A stretch of 64,000 nucleotides of DNA. It comes from Vicinamibacteria bacterium (GTDB lineage: Bacteria; Acidobacteriota; Vicinamibacteria; Marinacidobacterales; Marinacidobacteraceae). Under the pieces are notes generated by a model, which was not told the origin of the DNA, did no database searches, and worked only from the letters and a program-made list of their open reading frames with translations. This document shows, one piece after another, positions 39,396 to 48,191 of the stretch. How positions within the stretch are numbered: position 1 is the stretch's first letter; each line of letters opens with the position of its first letter. Both the position numbers and the translations under genes were made by a program. The stretch is taken from positions 3,264,001 to 3,328,000 of the forward strand of contig OY821641.1 in assembly GCA_963555995.3 (NCBI GenBank), given 5' to 3'.

Positions 39396-42371
39396 ATGAC
39401 TTTCAACGAAGCCAACACCGTCGAGGCGTTCCTCCGCGACCTCCTCTGCGGGGGAATCACCCACCACACCGCGGTCGGCCCGGGCCGGGCGCGCCGAGCC
39501 GGGAGGCTCTCCGGGCTCGGTTGGCACTACCTCGCGGCGCGAGACCTTCCTCGGTCTTCGCACCAGGTCCTCGTCGAACCCCACCTGCGCGAAGCCCTGA
39601 TCCGCCTGAACCCGGAGATCGCGGCGCAGCCCGATCGCGCCGACGAAGTCCTGTACCGGCTGCGGGCCATCCTGATGACGGTGGGGGCTGAGGGGCTGGT
39701 CGAGGCCAACAAGGAGTTCGCGGCGTGGCTGACCGGCGAACGATCCATGCCCTTCGGGCCGGAGGGGGAGCACGTGACTGTCCGGTTGCTCGACTTCGAG
39801 GACGTGGACCAGAACCAGTGGGTCGTCACCCAGCAGTACATCGCCCGGCGCGAGCAAGACACGACCAAACGTGCCGATCTGGTGCTGCTCGTCAATGGAA
39901 TTCCGCTGATCGTCATCGAGGCCAAGACCCCGGTGCGGCTCAGCGAGAGCTGGCTGGACGGAGCCATCCAGATCGAGGTGGACTACCAGAAGAACGTCCC
40001 CGAGCTGTTCGTGCCCAACTTGTCGTCCATCGCCACCGAAGGCAAGGAGTTTCGGTACGGAGGTGTCGGCCTGCCGGCGGGCGACTGGGGTCCCTGGCGG
40101 TCGCCCGAGCCGGGGCAGACGGAGGCTCCGGCACTCAAGCGCCTTGAAGGTCTCGTGGCTTCAATGCTCCACCCGGAGACCGTTCTCGATCTCGTTGCCA
40201 ACTTCACCGCCTTCGTGGCCGACCCACAGAAGGGGCGCATGAAACTCATCGCCCGCCACCAGCAGGTCGAAGCGACGAACCGGATCGTCGAGAGGGTCGT
40301 TGCCGGCCGGCCCAGGCAGGGCCTCATCTGGCACTTCCAGGGCTCCGGGAAGACGGAACTCATGCTCTTCGCCGCCCGCAAACTGCGGATGCACCCGGAG
40401 TTGCAGAACCCCGCAGTGCTTGTGGTGGTGGATCGGGTGGATCTGGACACCCAGCACTCCGCCGCCTTCCGGGCGGCGGAGTTGCCCAACATGGTCCGGG
40501 CGGAGAGGACGGAGGACTTGGTTCGCCTGCTGGCCCAGGACACGCGCAAGGTCATCCTCACGACCATCTTCAAGTTCGGGGAGGCGGAAGGGGTCCTCAA
40601 CGACAGCGACAACCTGATCGTGCTGGTGGACGAGGCGCACCGGACCCAGGAAGGCGACCTCGGCCGCCGGATGCGCCGGGCGCTGCCCAACGCCTTCCTG
40701 TTCGGCCTCACCGGCACGCCGATCAACCGGGCCGACAAGAACACCTTCCTCGCTTTCGGGGCCGAGGAAGACGCAAACCGCTACCTCAGCCGCTACGGTT
40801 TCGAGGAGTCGGTTGCGGACGGCGCGACCCTGCCGCTCCATTTCGAGCCTCGCCTGCTCGAACTCCACGTGGATCAGGACGCGATGGACGCCGAGTTCGG
40901 GCAACTGACCGGCAGCTTGACGGACACCGAACGCGAGCGGCTGGCCAAAACTGCCGCGCGGACGGCCGTGCTGCTCAAGACCCCCGAGCGGGTCGAAGCG
41001 ATCTGCGCCGACATCGCGGACCACTATCGCGGCAGGGTCGAGCCTCACGGTTTCGGCGCCCAGGTAGTGACCTACGACCGGGAGAGTTGCGTTCTCTACA
41101 AACGGGCGCTCGACCGGCACCTGCCTCCAGAAGCGTCCGCCGTCGTCATGACCGTTGAAGGCGGCGAGCAGGAGTTCGCGGCCTATCGCCGGGACCGCGA
41201 GGAAGAGGCGCGGCTACTCGACCGCTTCCGGGACCCTGGTGACCCGCTGAAGATCCTGATCGTGACCTCCAAGCTGCTGACCGGGTTCAACGCGCCGATC
41301 CTGCAGACGATGTATCTCGACAAGCCGATCCGCGACATCGCGCTGGTGCAGGCCATCTGTCGGGCGAATCGCCCCTACGGCGACGAAAAGAAGCACGCGC
41401 TGATCGTGGACTACCTCGGGGTGTTCGACGACGCGGCGCGCACACTGCGGTTCGACGAGAAGGGCATGGAAAGGCTCATCACCAACATCGCGGAACTGGT
41501 TGCTGAACTCCCGGAGGCGTTGCGGAAGTGTCTCGCCTACTTCAGCGGCGTGGACCGCTCCGTCTTTGGGTATGAGGGGTTGATCGCGGCGCAGGAGTGT
41601 CTGCCGGACAACGCGACCCGCGACCGCTTCGCCGCCGACTACGTGCGGCTGGCCCGGCTGTGGGAAATCGCCTCCCCGCGCCCTCCCACGGACACCTACG
41701 AGGCCGACTATCGCTGGTTGACGCAGGTGTACCGCTCACTGCAGCCCTCCACCGGCACCGGGCGGCTCCTGTGGCGTAGCTTCGGCGCCAAGACCATCCA
41801 GCTCATCCAGCGGAACGTCCATGTGGACGCGATTCAGGACGACCTCGACGAAGTCGTTCTCGACGCGGAGACGCTGGAAGCGGTGCTGGCGAATCCCGAC
41901 GCGGAACGGAAGGCCAGGGAAGTCGAGATCAGGCTCGGCTCACGGCTGCGGCGGCTCGCCCACGATCCGAAGTTCCGCCCGCTCGGCGAACGGCTTGAGG
42001 CGCTCAAGGAGAAACACCTGCAGGGAGCGCTCGGGAGCATCGCGTTCCTGAAGTCGCTGCTCGAGCTGGCCCGCGATGTCCTCGAAGCGGAGCGCACGGC
42101 GGCGGTGCCCCATGCGGAGGATCCCGGCAAGGCAGCGCTCACGGCTCTCTTCGAAGAAGTGCGCAACGAACGAACCCCCATCATCGTCGAGCGCGTCGTG
42201 AGCGACATTGACGAGATCGTGCGCCAGGTCCGTTTCGACGGTTGGCAGAGCACCCACGCCGGAGAGCGCATCGTCAAGAAGGAGCTTCGGAGGACCCTGC
42301 TGAAGTACCGCCTCCACAAGGAAAAGGACCTCTTCGACCGCGCCTACGGCTACATCACGCAGTACTACTGA
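39396..42371 (+). CDS. hsdR: Type I restriction subunit R
   Basis: ADLVLLVNGIPLIVIEAK, QGSGKT, DEAHR, TGTP, QAICRANR. Confidence 0.95.
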   Translation: MTFNEANTVEAFLRDLLCGGITHHTAVGPGRARRAGRLSGLGWHYLAARDLPRSSHQVLVEPHLREALIRLNPEIAAQPDRADEVLYRLRAILMTVGAEGLVEANKEFAAWLTGERSMPFGPEGEHVTVRLLDFEDVDQNQWVVTQQYIARREQDTTKRADLVLLVNGIPLIVIEAKTPVRLSESWLDGAIQIEVDYQKNVPELFVPNLSSIATEGKEFRYGGVGLPAGDWGPWRSPEPGQTEAPALKRLEGLVASMLHPETVLDLVANFTAFVADPQKGRMKLIARHQQVEATNRIVERVVAGRPRQGLIWHFQGSGKTELMLFAARKLRMHPELQNPAVLVVVDRVDLDTQHSAAFRAAELPNMVRAERTEDLVRLLAQDTRKVILTTIFKFGEAEGVLNDSDNLIVLVDEAHRTQEGDLGRRMRRALPNAFLFGLTGTPINRADKNTFLAFGAEEDANRYLSRYGFEESVADGATLPLHFEPRLLELHVDQDAMDAEFGQLTGSLTDTERERLAKTAARTAVLLKTPERVEAICADIADHYRGRVEPHGFGAQVVTYDRESCVLYKRALDRHLPPEASAVVMTVEGGEQEFAAYRRDREEEARLLDRFRDPGDPLKILIVTSKLLTGFNAPILQTMYLDKPIRDIALVQAICRANRPYGDEKKHALIVDYLGVFDDAARTLRFDEKGMERLITNIAELVAELPEALRKCLAYFSGVDRSVFGYEGLIAAQECLPDNATRDRFAADYVRLARLWEIASPRPPTDTYEADYRWLTQVYRSLQPSTGTGRLLWRSFGAKTIQLIQRNVHVDAIQDDLDEVVLDAETLEAVLANPDAERKAREVEIRLGSRLRRLAHDPKFRPLGERLEALKEKHLQGALGSIAFLKSLLELARDVLEAERTAAVPHAEDPGKAALTALFEEVRNERTPIIVERVVSDIDEIVRQVRFDGWQSTHAGERIVKKELRRTLLKYRLHKEKDLFDRAYGYITQYY

Positions 42372-42387
42372 CTCGGGTCGCGGGCGT

Positions 42388-42430
42388 TTGACATGATTTT
42401 CCCTAATTTCTATAGTTACGAGGATGTCAA
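42388..42430 (+). promoter_or_regulatory. Sigma70 promoter with an overlapping inverted repeat
   Basis: TTGACA (42388-93), 17 bp, TATAGT (42411-16); TTGACAT/ATGTCAA inverted pair at 42388 and 42424. Confidence 0.75.
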
Positions 42431-43122
42431 GTCACAAGACGCAGTCGGGGATGCCCTTGCCGGAGTCCCTGATCAGCGTTGGCCTCGACGCTGACGACCT
42501 TCGGGCGCTCCCGGAAACGCTTCGTGAGCAATGTGGCGTGCTCTGGGAAGGGCCTTCGGGGGACTGGACCCTGGTGGGCACCCGCGACACGGAACTGGCG
42601 CAGCTCCTCCGGAGGGTCCTTACCCGTCTGGAACCGATGGCGGCCATGCACCGCCGGAGACTCAGCGAGCGCAACATTGATCTCTTGTTGGAGAGCATTC
42701 TCGCCGACGCTCCGCGAGACGACGTTCACGCCGTGCTCGAGTTGGACAACGCCAAGCTGCGGGCCGACTACGTGGAGGAGACACGGTTGCTCACCGGGGC
42801 CGAGGTTCGCGCCGCGTCGGGCCTCAGCCCGAAAAACGCCAGCGAACCGGCCTCGCGCTGGAAGCGCGAGGGGCGAATCTTCGCGGTTCGCCACGGCGGG
42901 CGAGACCTCTACCCGGCGTTCCAGTTCGCCGATGGCCAACCGAGGTCCGTCATCAAGAGCATCCTTGCCGTGATGCCATCGTCGGCGACACCCTGGCAGA
43001 TTGCGCTGTGGTTCGCCTCCGGCAACGGCTGGCTGGACGGCGCCGAACCTCAAGAATGCCTCGATGCCGCGGAGCAGCTCGTTGAAGCGGCCCGCGACTT
43101 CGCCAATCCGGTCGAGGGCTAG
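42424..43122 (+). CDS. MbcA/Xre-like antitoxin of a RES toxin
   Basis: RWKREGRIFAV...YPAFQF...WQIALWF...GWLDG..P; directly upstream of the RES gene. Confidence 0.8.
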   Translation: MSSHKTQSGMPLPESLISVGLDADDLRALPETLREQCGVLWEGPSGDWTLVGTRDTELAQLLRRVLTRLEPMAAMHRRRLSERNIDLLLESILADAPRDDVHAVLELDNAKLRADYVEETRLLTGAEVRAASGLSPKNASEPASRWKREGRIFAVRHGGRDLYPAFQFADGQPRSVIKSILAVMPSSATPWQIALWFASGNGWLDGAEPQECLDAAEQLVEAARDFANPVEG

Positions 43123-43301
43123 CAGCCTGTGGTGCAACTCACGCGGCTTTCGACGCCCGCTGAATCCCCGCTGAAACGCTCGCTTGCAGCTCGCTCATCG
43201 TTGCGCTTCGGTCGAAATACACCCGGTATTCCTCCCTTGCGCGCCTTGTCAGCGAGGCCCCGCGGGCGTCTCGGTCCTCACGCCAGTTCCACCACAGGCT
43301 G
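43122..43301. mobile_element. MITE (~180 bp)
   Basis: TIRs CAGCCTGTGGTGCAACT and AGTTCCACCACAGGCTG (1 mismatch); CTA duplicated on both flanks. Confidence 0.85.
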
Positions 43302-43319
43302 CTAACCGAGGCGCGGATC

Positions 43320-43955
43320 GTGACGATCCCGAAGCCTTCCGGACACCTGGCGCCCCCCAATCCCAGGATTCTGGAGTCCGGGACCGTGCTGCACCGGATC
43401 CATGATCGGAGCCGGTCGCCCAACGCCTTCAATCCGTGTCGGGGGAGGCCAACGCGCTTCGCGCCCATCGCGGACGCCAAAGGACGGTGCGTACCTTCCC
43501 TCTATGCGGGAAGCACCTTTGATTCCGCCGCCTACGAAACGCTGTTCCGCGGCATCCCCGTACACACGCAACGGAAGACCGCTCCTCTCTCCGCGGTGAT
43601 CAGCCGCGCTCACGGCACCTTCCAGACGCTGCGGGACCTCACGCTCGCTTCGCTGCGAGCTCCCGATCTCGCGAGATGGGGGGTGTCGCGGCACGCGCTG
43701 ATCGCGTCTTCGCCCCAGCACTACCAAGAGACCGCCGCTTGGGCGAAGGCGATCCATGACCAGTGTCCGCGCATCGAGGGCCTCGTATGGACCTCCAGCC
43801 AGTGCGATCCAGACGACGCCTATCTCTTCTTCGGGGACCGCGTTCGCCCCGAGGACCTGCGAATCGTCTCCGTCCGGGACGGCTCGAGTGATCCTGCGTT
43901 CCTCGCCGATGTGCGGCTGGCCGGACAGCGCGCCGGCATCACCATCGTGATTTGA
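43320..43955 (+). CDS. RES-domain toxin (NAD+ phosphorylase-like)
   Basis: LHRIH, FNP, TRFAP, SLYAG, YETLFR, YQETAAWA, GLVWTS, FGDRV. Confidence 0.88.
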   Translation: MTIPKPSGHLAPPNPRILESGTVLHRIHDRSRSPNAFNPCRGRPTRFAPIADAKGRCVPSLYAGSTFDSAAYETLFRGIPVHTQRKTAPLSAVISRAHGTFQTLRDLTLASLRAPDLARWGVSRHALIASSPQHYQETAAWAKAIHDQCPRIEGLVWTSSQCDPDDAYLFFGDRVRPEDLRIVSVRDGSSDPAFLADVRLAGQRAGITIVI

Positions 43956-44069
43956 TCAGGCGAGTTGCGAGAGCAGCGCCAGCGCCGGGGCGACCCGGAT
44001 CCCGTCGAGGGTTTGATCGTCCTTCTGTCCGGTGCCGGAAATCTGCAATACGGCAGTTTTCACCCCCGG

Positions 44070-44095
44070 TCCAAATTTGCCGCGGCAGATTTGGA
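44070..44095. terminator. Hairpin between convergent genes
   Basis: TCCAAATTTGCC-GC-GGCAGATTTGGA. Confidence 0.4.
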
Positions 44096-44102
44096 TCGCG
44101 GG

Positions 44103-45011
44103 TCAGATTTGCCGTGCTCCGTCCGCGATGTTGATTCCCGCGATGTCCTCGCAGTAGCGGGCGATGGCGGCGTGGTCCTCGCGGGCGTGGCCGTTCTCCA
44201 CCAGCGTCTTCACGAACTGGCGGACGACGGTGGTGACCGGGATCGGACTCCCGTTCTGGGCCGCCGCGGCCAGAGCGTTGTTGAGGTCCTTGAGATGGAG
44301 TTCGAGGCGGAAGCCCGGCTTCCAGTCGCCCGCGATCATCTTCCCGGCCTTGGCGTTCAGCACCGCGCTCCCCGCGAGGCCCCCCTCGATGGCGGACACC
44401 ACCACCCGCGGATCGAGACCGGAGCGAACGGCAAAGACGAGCGCCTCGCCCACGGCCTGGATGTTCGCGGCCACGATCATCTGGTTCGCGATCTTCACCG
44501 TGTTGCCGGCGCCCACCGGGCCGCAGAGGACCGCGCTCTTGCCGAGGACATCGAACACGGGACCCAGCGCCTCGAAGGCGGCCTCCTCGCCTCCCGCCAT
44601 GATCGCGAGCTCCCCGGCGATGGCGCCGGGCTCTCCGCCGCTCACCGGCGCATCCACGAACCCGACGCCGCGCTCGCCGGCGGCGGCGGCGATCTTTCGG
44701 GAAACCCCGGGCTCGATCGAGGACATGTCCGTCACCAGCGCCGGAAGTTCCGGGGCGGCGAGGACGCCCTTCGGGCCGAGCATCACGAGCTCCGAGTCGG
44801 GCGAATCCGGCAGCATCAGGATGACCGCATCCCGTCCGCTCGCGCATTCGGCGCCCGACCCGGCGCGCCGAGCGCCCGCGGCCACCAGTTCGTCCACCGG
44901 CCCCGGCGAGCGGCTGTGGACCGTGAGGTCATACCCGGCAGCCAGCAGATTCTTCGCCATGGGCTTGCCCATGACCCCGAGACCAATGAACCCGATGGAG
45001 TGGAGCGGCAT
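44103..45011 (-). CDS. 2-hydroxy-3-oxopropionate reductase / beta-hydroxyacid dehydrogenase
   Basis: GFIGLGVMGKPMA, DAPVSGG, KIANQ, PGFRLELHLKDL. Confidence 0.92.
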   Translation of the reverse strand: MPLHSIGFIGLGVMGKPMAKNLLAAGYDLTVHSRSPGPVDELVAAGARRAGSGAECASGRDAVILMLPDSPDSELVMLGPKGVLAAPELPALVTDMSSIEPGVSRKIAAAAGERGVGFVDAPVSGGEPGAIAGELAIMAGGEEAAFEALGPVFDVLGKSAVLCGPVGAGNTVKIANQMIVAANIQAVGEALVFAVRSGLDPRVVVSAIEGGLAGSAVLNAKAGKMIAGDWKPGFRLELHLKDLNNALAAAAQNGSPIPVTTVVRQFVKTLVENGHAREDHAAIARYCEDIAGINIADGARQI

Positions 45012-45085
45012 GACGGGCGAGGCTACCAGCCCGCGGAAAACCCGCGCGGCGCAGTTGCTGTGAGAATGCAGTCTCGCTCGCCCGC

Positions 45086-45487
45086 CAAACCGCTGCACTC
45101 GCCGGGTCTTCGGACGGGAACTTCACGCACTACCGGGGCCTCCCCGCCGTGGACTCCATGCATTAGGTCACCCGGTTGGCCCGGACTCCATGCACTCGCC
45201 GGATCTTGGGACGGGAACTCCACGCACTACGAGGACCTGCCGGCCGCGAACTCCATGCATTCGCTGACCCGGTTGGCCCGAACTCCATGCACTTGCCGGG
45301 TCTTCGGACGGGAACTCCACGCACTACCGGGGCCTGCCCGCCGTGGACTCCATGCACTAGGTCACCCGGTTGGCCCGAACTCCATGCACTCGCCGAGTCC
45401 TCGGACGGGAACTCCACGCACTACCGGGGTCTTCCGGCCATGGACTCCATGCATTCGCTGACCCGGTTGGCCCGAACTCCATGCACT
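45086..45487. repeat. Hierarchical tandem array: 14-bp core every 32-33 bp, 97-bp and 194-bp higher-order units
   Basis: GRACTYCAYGCAYT starts at 45118, 45151, 45183, 45215, 45248, 45280, 45312, 45345, 45377, 45409, 45442 and 45474, plus a partial first copy. Confidence 0.95.
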
Positions 45488-45529
45488 CGCCGAACTCATC
45501 CTCCACCTCCGAATGGCGCCGTCGGGGGT

Positions 45530-45580
45530 GGCCCCGTTCTGGATGTCGCCATACGGCCCCGTTTTGGATGTCGCTTGGCA
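45530..45580 (-). mobile_element. Solo IS21-like terminus (remnant)
   Basis: Two GGCCCCGTTYTGGATGTCGC repeats ending TGTCGCTTGGCA, similar to the IS21 end TGTCGCTTGACA at 28805-28816. Confidence 0.6.
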
Positions 45581-45689
45581 GGTGGGGGGTAGCGACGCTC
45601 ACGGGGGTTTCACCGCAGACGGGTACAGCCGCCCGCCGGTCTCATTCGGGATAGCCTTCGGAGTCCGCCTCGCGGCAGAAGGAGACCAG

Positions 45690-46022
45690 GTGAGCCACTA
45701 CTACGAGGACCACGACCTGTCCCGCTTCGGCGAGATGGGCCGCAACGCTCCCGAACTCTGGGACAAGTTCAACGACTGGTACCAAGCCACGTTCAAGGAG
45801 GGATCGCTGACCGGGCGGGAGAAGGCGCTGATCGCCCTGGGCGTGGCGCACGCCCTCCAGTGTCCCTACTGCATTGACGCCTGGTCGCAGGAGTGCCTCG
45901 AGAAGGGGTCGAACCTCGACCAGATGACGGAAGCGGTCCACGTCGCGGCGGCCATCCGGGGCGGGGCGGCCCTGGTGCACGGGGTGCAGATGCGGAAACG
46001 GAACGACGAGCTGAGCATGTGA
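45690..46022 (+). CDS. CMD/AhpD-like protein (arsenosugar-associated peroxidase-like)
   Basis: REKALIAL, QCPYCID, EAVHVAAAIRGGAALVHG; AGGAG RBS with GTG start. Confidence 0.9.
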   Translation: MSHYYEDHDLSRFGEMGRNAPELWDKFNDWYQATFKEGSLTGREKALIALGVAHALQCPYCIDAWSQECLEKGSNLDQMTEAVHVAAAIRGGAALVHGVQMRKRNDELSM

Positions 46023-47044
46023 TGGAGGCTCTCCTCGAACTCCCGACCCGGAACGGGCGCCGGGCGCCCCGCCCGGTCAGCGAGCAGCGGTTTCCCTCCT
46101 TCGATTCCCGGCTCGCGCGCCACGGACTCCACCCCCTCCGCGCCACCGGCATCGAGGTCTTCCAGATCAACGTCGGCAAGCTCTGCAACCAGACGTGCCG
46201 GCACTGCCACGTGGACGCCGGACCGGACCGCAGCGAGCGCATGACCCGCGAGACGGCCGAGGCCTGCATCCGGGCGCTGGAGCGGACGGACGCCCACACC
46301 GTGGACATCACCGGCGGCGCCCCCGAGCTGAACGAGAACTTCCGCTACCTGGTGGACGCCTCCCGCGCCCTCGGACGCCACGTGATGGACCGGTCCAACC
46401 TGACCGTGCTGCTGCTCCGGTCCCAGGCGGACCTCGCCGGATTCCTCGCCGAGCACGAAGTGGAGGTCATCGCCAGCCTCCCCTACTTCCTGGCGGAGCG
46501 CACCGACGCCCAACGCGGGGAGGGCGTCTTCGACAGGTCCATCGAGGCGCTCCGCCTCCTGAACCGCCTGGGGTACGGCCAGGGCGGCAAGCTGCGGCTC
46601 AACCTGGTTTACAACCCGACGGGCGCGTTCCTGCCCGGCGACCAGGACGCACTCGAGCGGGAGTTCAAGCGCGAGCTCGACCGGCGGTACCGGATTCACT
46701 TCGACCGCCTCTACACGATCACGAACATGCCGATCAGCCGCTTCCTCGACTTCCTGCTCGAGAGCGGCAACTACGAGAGGTACATGGAGCGGCTGGTGAA
46801 CGCGTTCAATCCGGCGGCGGCCGAGGCCGTGATGTGCCGCAACACCCTCTCGGTGGGCTGGGACGGGCAGCTCTACGACTGCGACTTCAACCAGATGCTG
46901 GAGGACACCGTGGGGTTCGGGGCGCCCACGCACGTCCGCGACTTCTCGGCGGACCTGCTGGCGAAGCGGCGCATCGTGACCGGTCTTCACTGTTACGGCT
47001 GCACCGCCGGCGCCGGCTCCAGTTGCGGAGGGACCACCGCTTGA
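46022..47044 (+). CDS. arsS: ArsS-family radical SAM protein (DUF3641)
   Basis: QINVGKLCNQTCRHCHVDAGP, NMPISRF, MCRNTLSV, YDCDFNQML, HCYGCTAGAGSSCGG. Confidence 0.9.
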   Translation: MEALLELPTRNGRRAPRPVSEQRFPSFDSRLARHGLHPLRATGIEVFQINVGKLCNQTCRHCHVDAGPDRSERMTRETAEACIRALERTDAHTVDITGGAPELNENFRYLVDASRALGRHVMDRSNLTVLLLRSQADLAGFLAEHEVEVIASLPYFLAERTDAQRGEGVFDRSIEALRLLNRLGYGQGGKLRLNLVYNPTGAFLPGDQDALEREFKRELDRRYRIHFDRLYTITNMPISRFLDFLLESGNYERYMERLVNAFNPAAAEAVMCRNTLSVGWDGQLYDCDFNQMLEDTVGFGAPTHVRDFSADLLAKRRIVTGLHCYGCTAGAGSSCGGTTA

Positions 47045-48138
47045 ACCGAACGGCGCGGGCGGCGGTGCTGGCCGCGCCGGGACGCCCCGCCGAACTCCGG
47101 GAGTTTCCGCTCCCCGCACCGGAGCCCGGGGAAATCCTGCTGGAAACCCTCGCTTCCGAGGTGTGCGGAACGGACGTCCATCTCCGCGAGGGCCGGCTCG
47201 CCGGCGTTCCCTACCCGATCATCCCGGGACACGTGAGCGTCGGCCGGGTCGCGGAGACGAACGGCGTCACCCGGGACGCCGCCGGAAACCCGCTCGGCGC
47301 GGGCAGCGTGGTGTCCTTCTTCGACGTCCACGCCACCTGCCACGCCTGCTACCAGTGCCTGGTGGCGCGCCAGCCGAACCGGTGTCCGTCCCGCCGGGTC
47401 TATGGCATCACCTATTCCGCGGAAGAAGGGTTGCTCGGGGGCTGGGCCGAGAACATCCTGCTGCTCCCCGGAGTCCGGACGGTGGTGCTTCCCGGCGAGC
47501 TTTCGGTGGACGACCTGATCGGCGGCGGGTGCGGGCTCTTCACCGGGTTCGCCGCGGTGGACCGGGCCGACATCCGTCTCGGCGAGAGCGTGGTGGTGCA
47601 GGGCGTCGGCCCGGTGGGGCTCGCGGCCATCGCCTTCGCCCGGACGTCCGGCGCCGGCGCGGTGGTGGCGGTCGGGGAGCCGGCGGCGCGCCGCGAGCTC
47701 GCCCGCCGCATGGGCGCGGACGAGTCCCTGGCGCTGGCGGAGACCGATGCGGACGACCGGGTTCAGCAAGTGCGGGCCGCCACCGGGGGACGCGGCGCCG
47801 ATGTGGTCATCGAGGCGAGCGGGAATCCGCAGGCGGTACCGGAGGGTTTCGCCATGCTGCGCGACGGGGGCCGCTACGTCGTCGTGGGGCACTACACCGA
47901 CGCCGGCGCCGTGCCGGTGAACCCCCACGTGGACATCAACCGCAAGCACGCGGAGGTCCGCGGCCAGTGGGGCAGCGAGTTCCATCACTGGACCCGGGCG
48001 CTGGACACCCTGGTCCGCTACCGGGAGCGGATCCCGTTCGCCGAGGTGATCGGCCGCCGCTACCGGCTCGAGGAGGCCAACCAGGCGCTCGACGACGTGG
48101 AGGCGCTCCGGGTGACCAAGGCGATCATCGTCCCGTGA
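47041..48138 (+). CDS. Zinc-binding alcohol dehydrogenase (MDR)
   Basis: CGTDVH, IIPGH, CHACYQC...C, GVGPVG; TTG start overlaps the arsS stop. Confidence 0.9.
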   Translation: MNRTARAAVLAAPGRPAELREFPLPAPEPGEILLETLASEVCGTDVHLREGRLAGVPYPIIPGHVSVGRVAETNGVTRDAAGNPLGAGSVVSFFDVHATCHACYQCLVARQPNRCPSRRVYGITYSAEEGLLGGWAENILLLPGVRTVVLPGELSVDDLIGGGCGLFTGFAAVDRADIRLGESVVVQGVGPVGLAAIAFARTSGAGAVVAVGEPAARRELARRMGADESLALAETDADDRVQQVRAATGGRGADVVIEASGNPQAVPEGFAMLRDGGRYVVVGHYTDAGAVPVNPHVDINRKHAEVRGQWGSEFHHWTRALDTLVRYRERIPFAEVIGRRYRLEEANQALDDVEALRVTKAIIVP

Positions 48139-48191
48139 GGCGCGTACCATCGCCGCAACCGGCACTCGATGCCGGAGATGGGGGATCGCTG

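Noticed and set aside
45086-45487. CRISPR array
   Set aside because: The repeat is only 14 bp, spacers are 18-19 bp and recur cyclically instead of being unique, and there are no cas genes in the window.
45163-45654. Repeat-protein ORFs across the tandem array
   Set aside because: The 97-bp period shifts frame each unit, and similar short ORFs appear in several frames on both strands.
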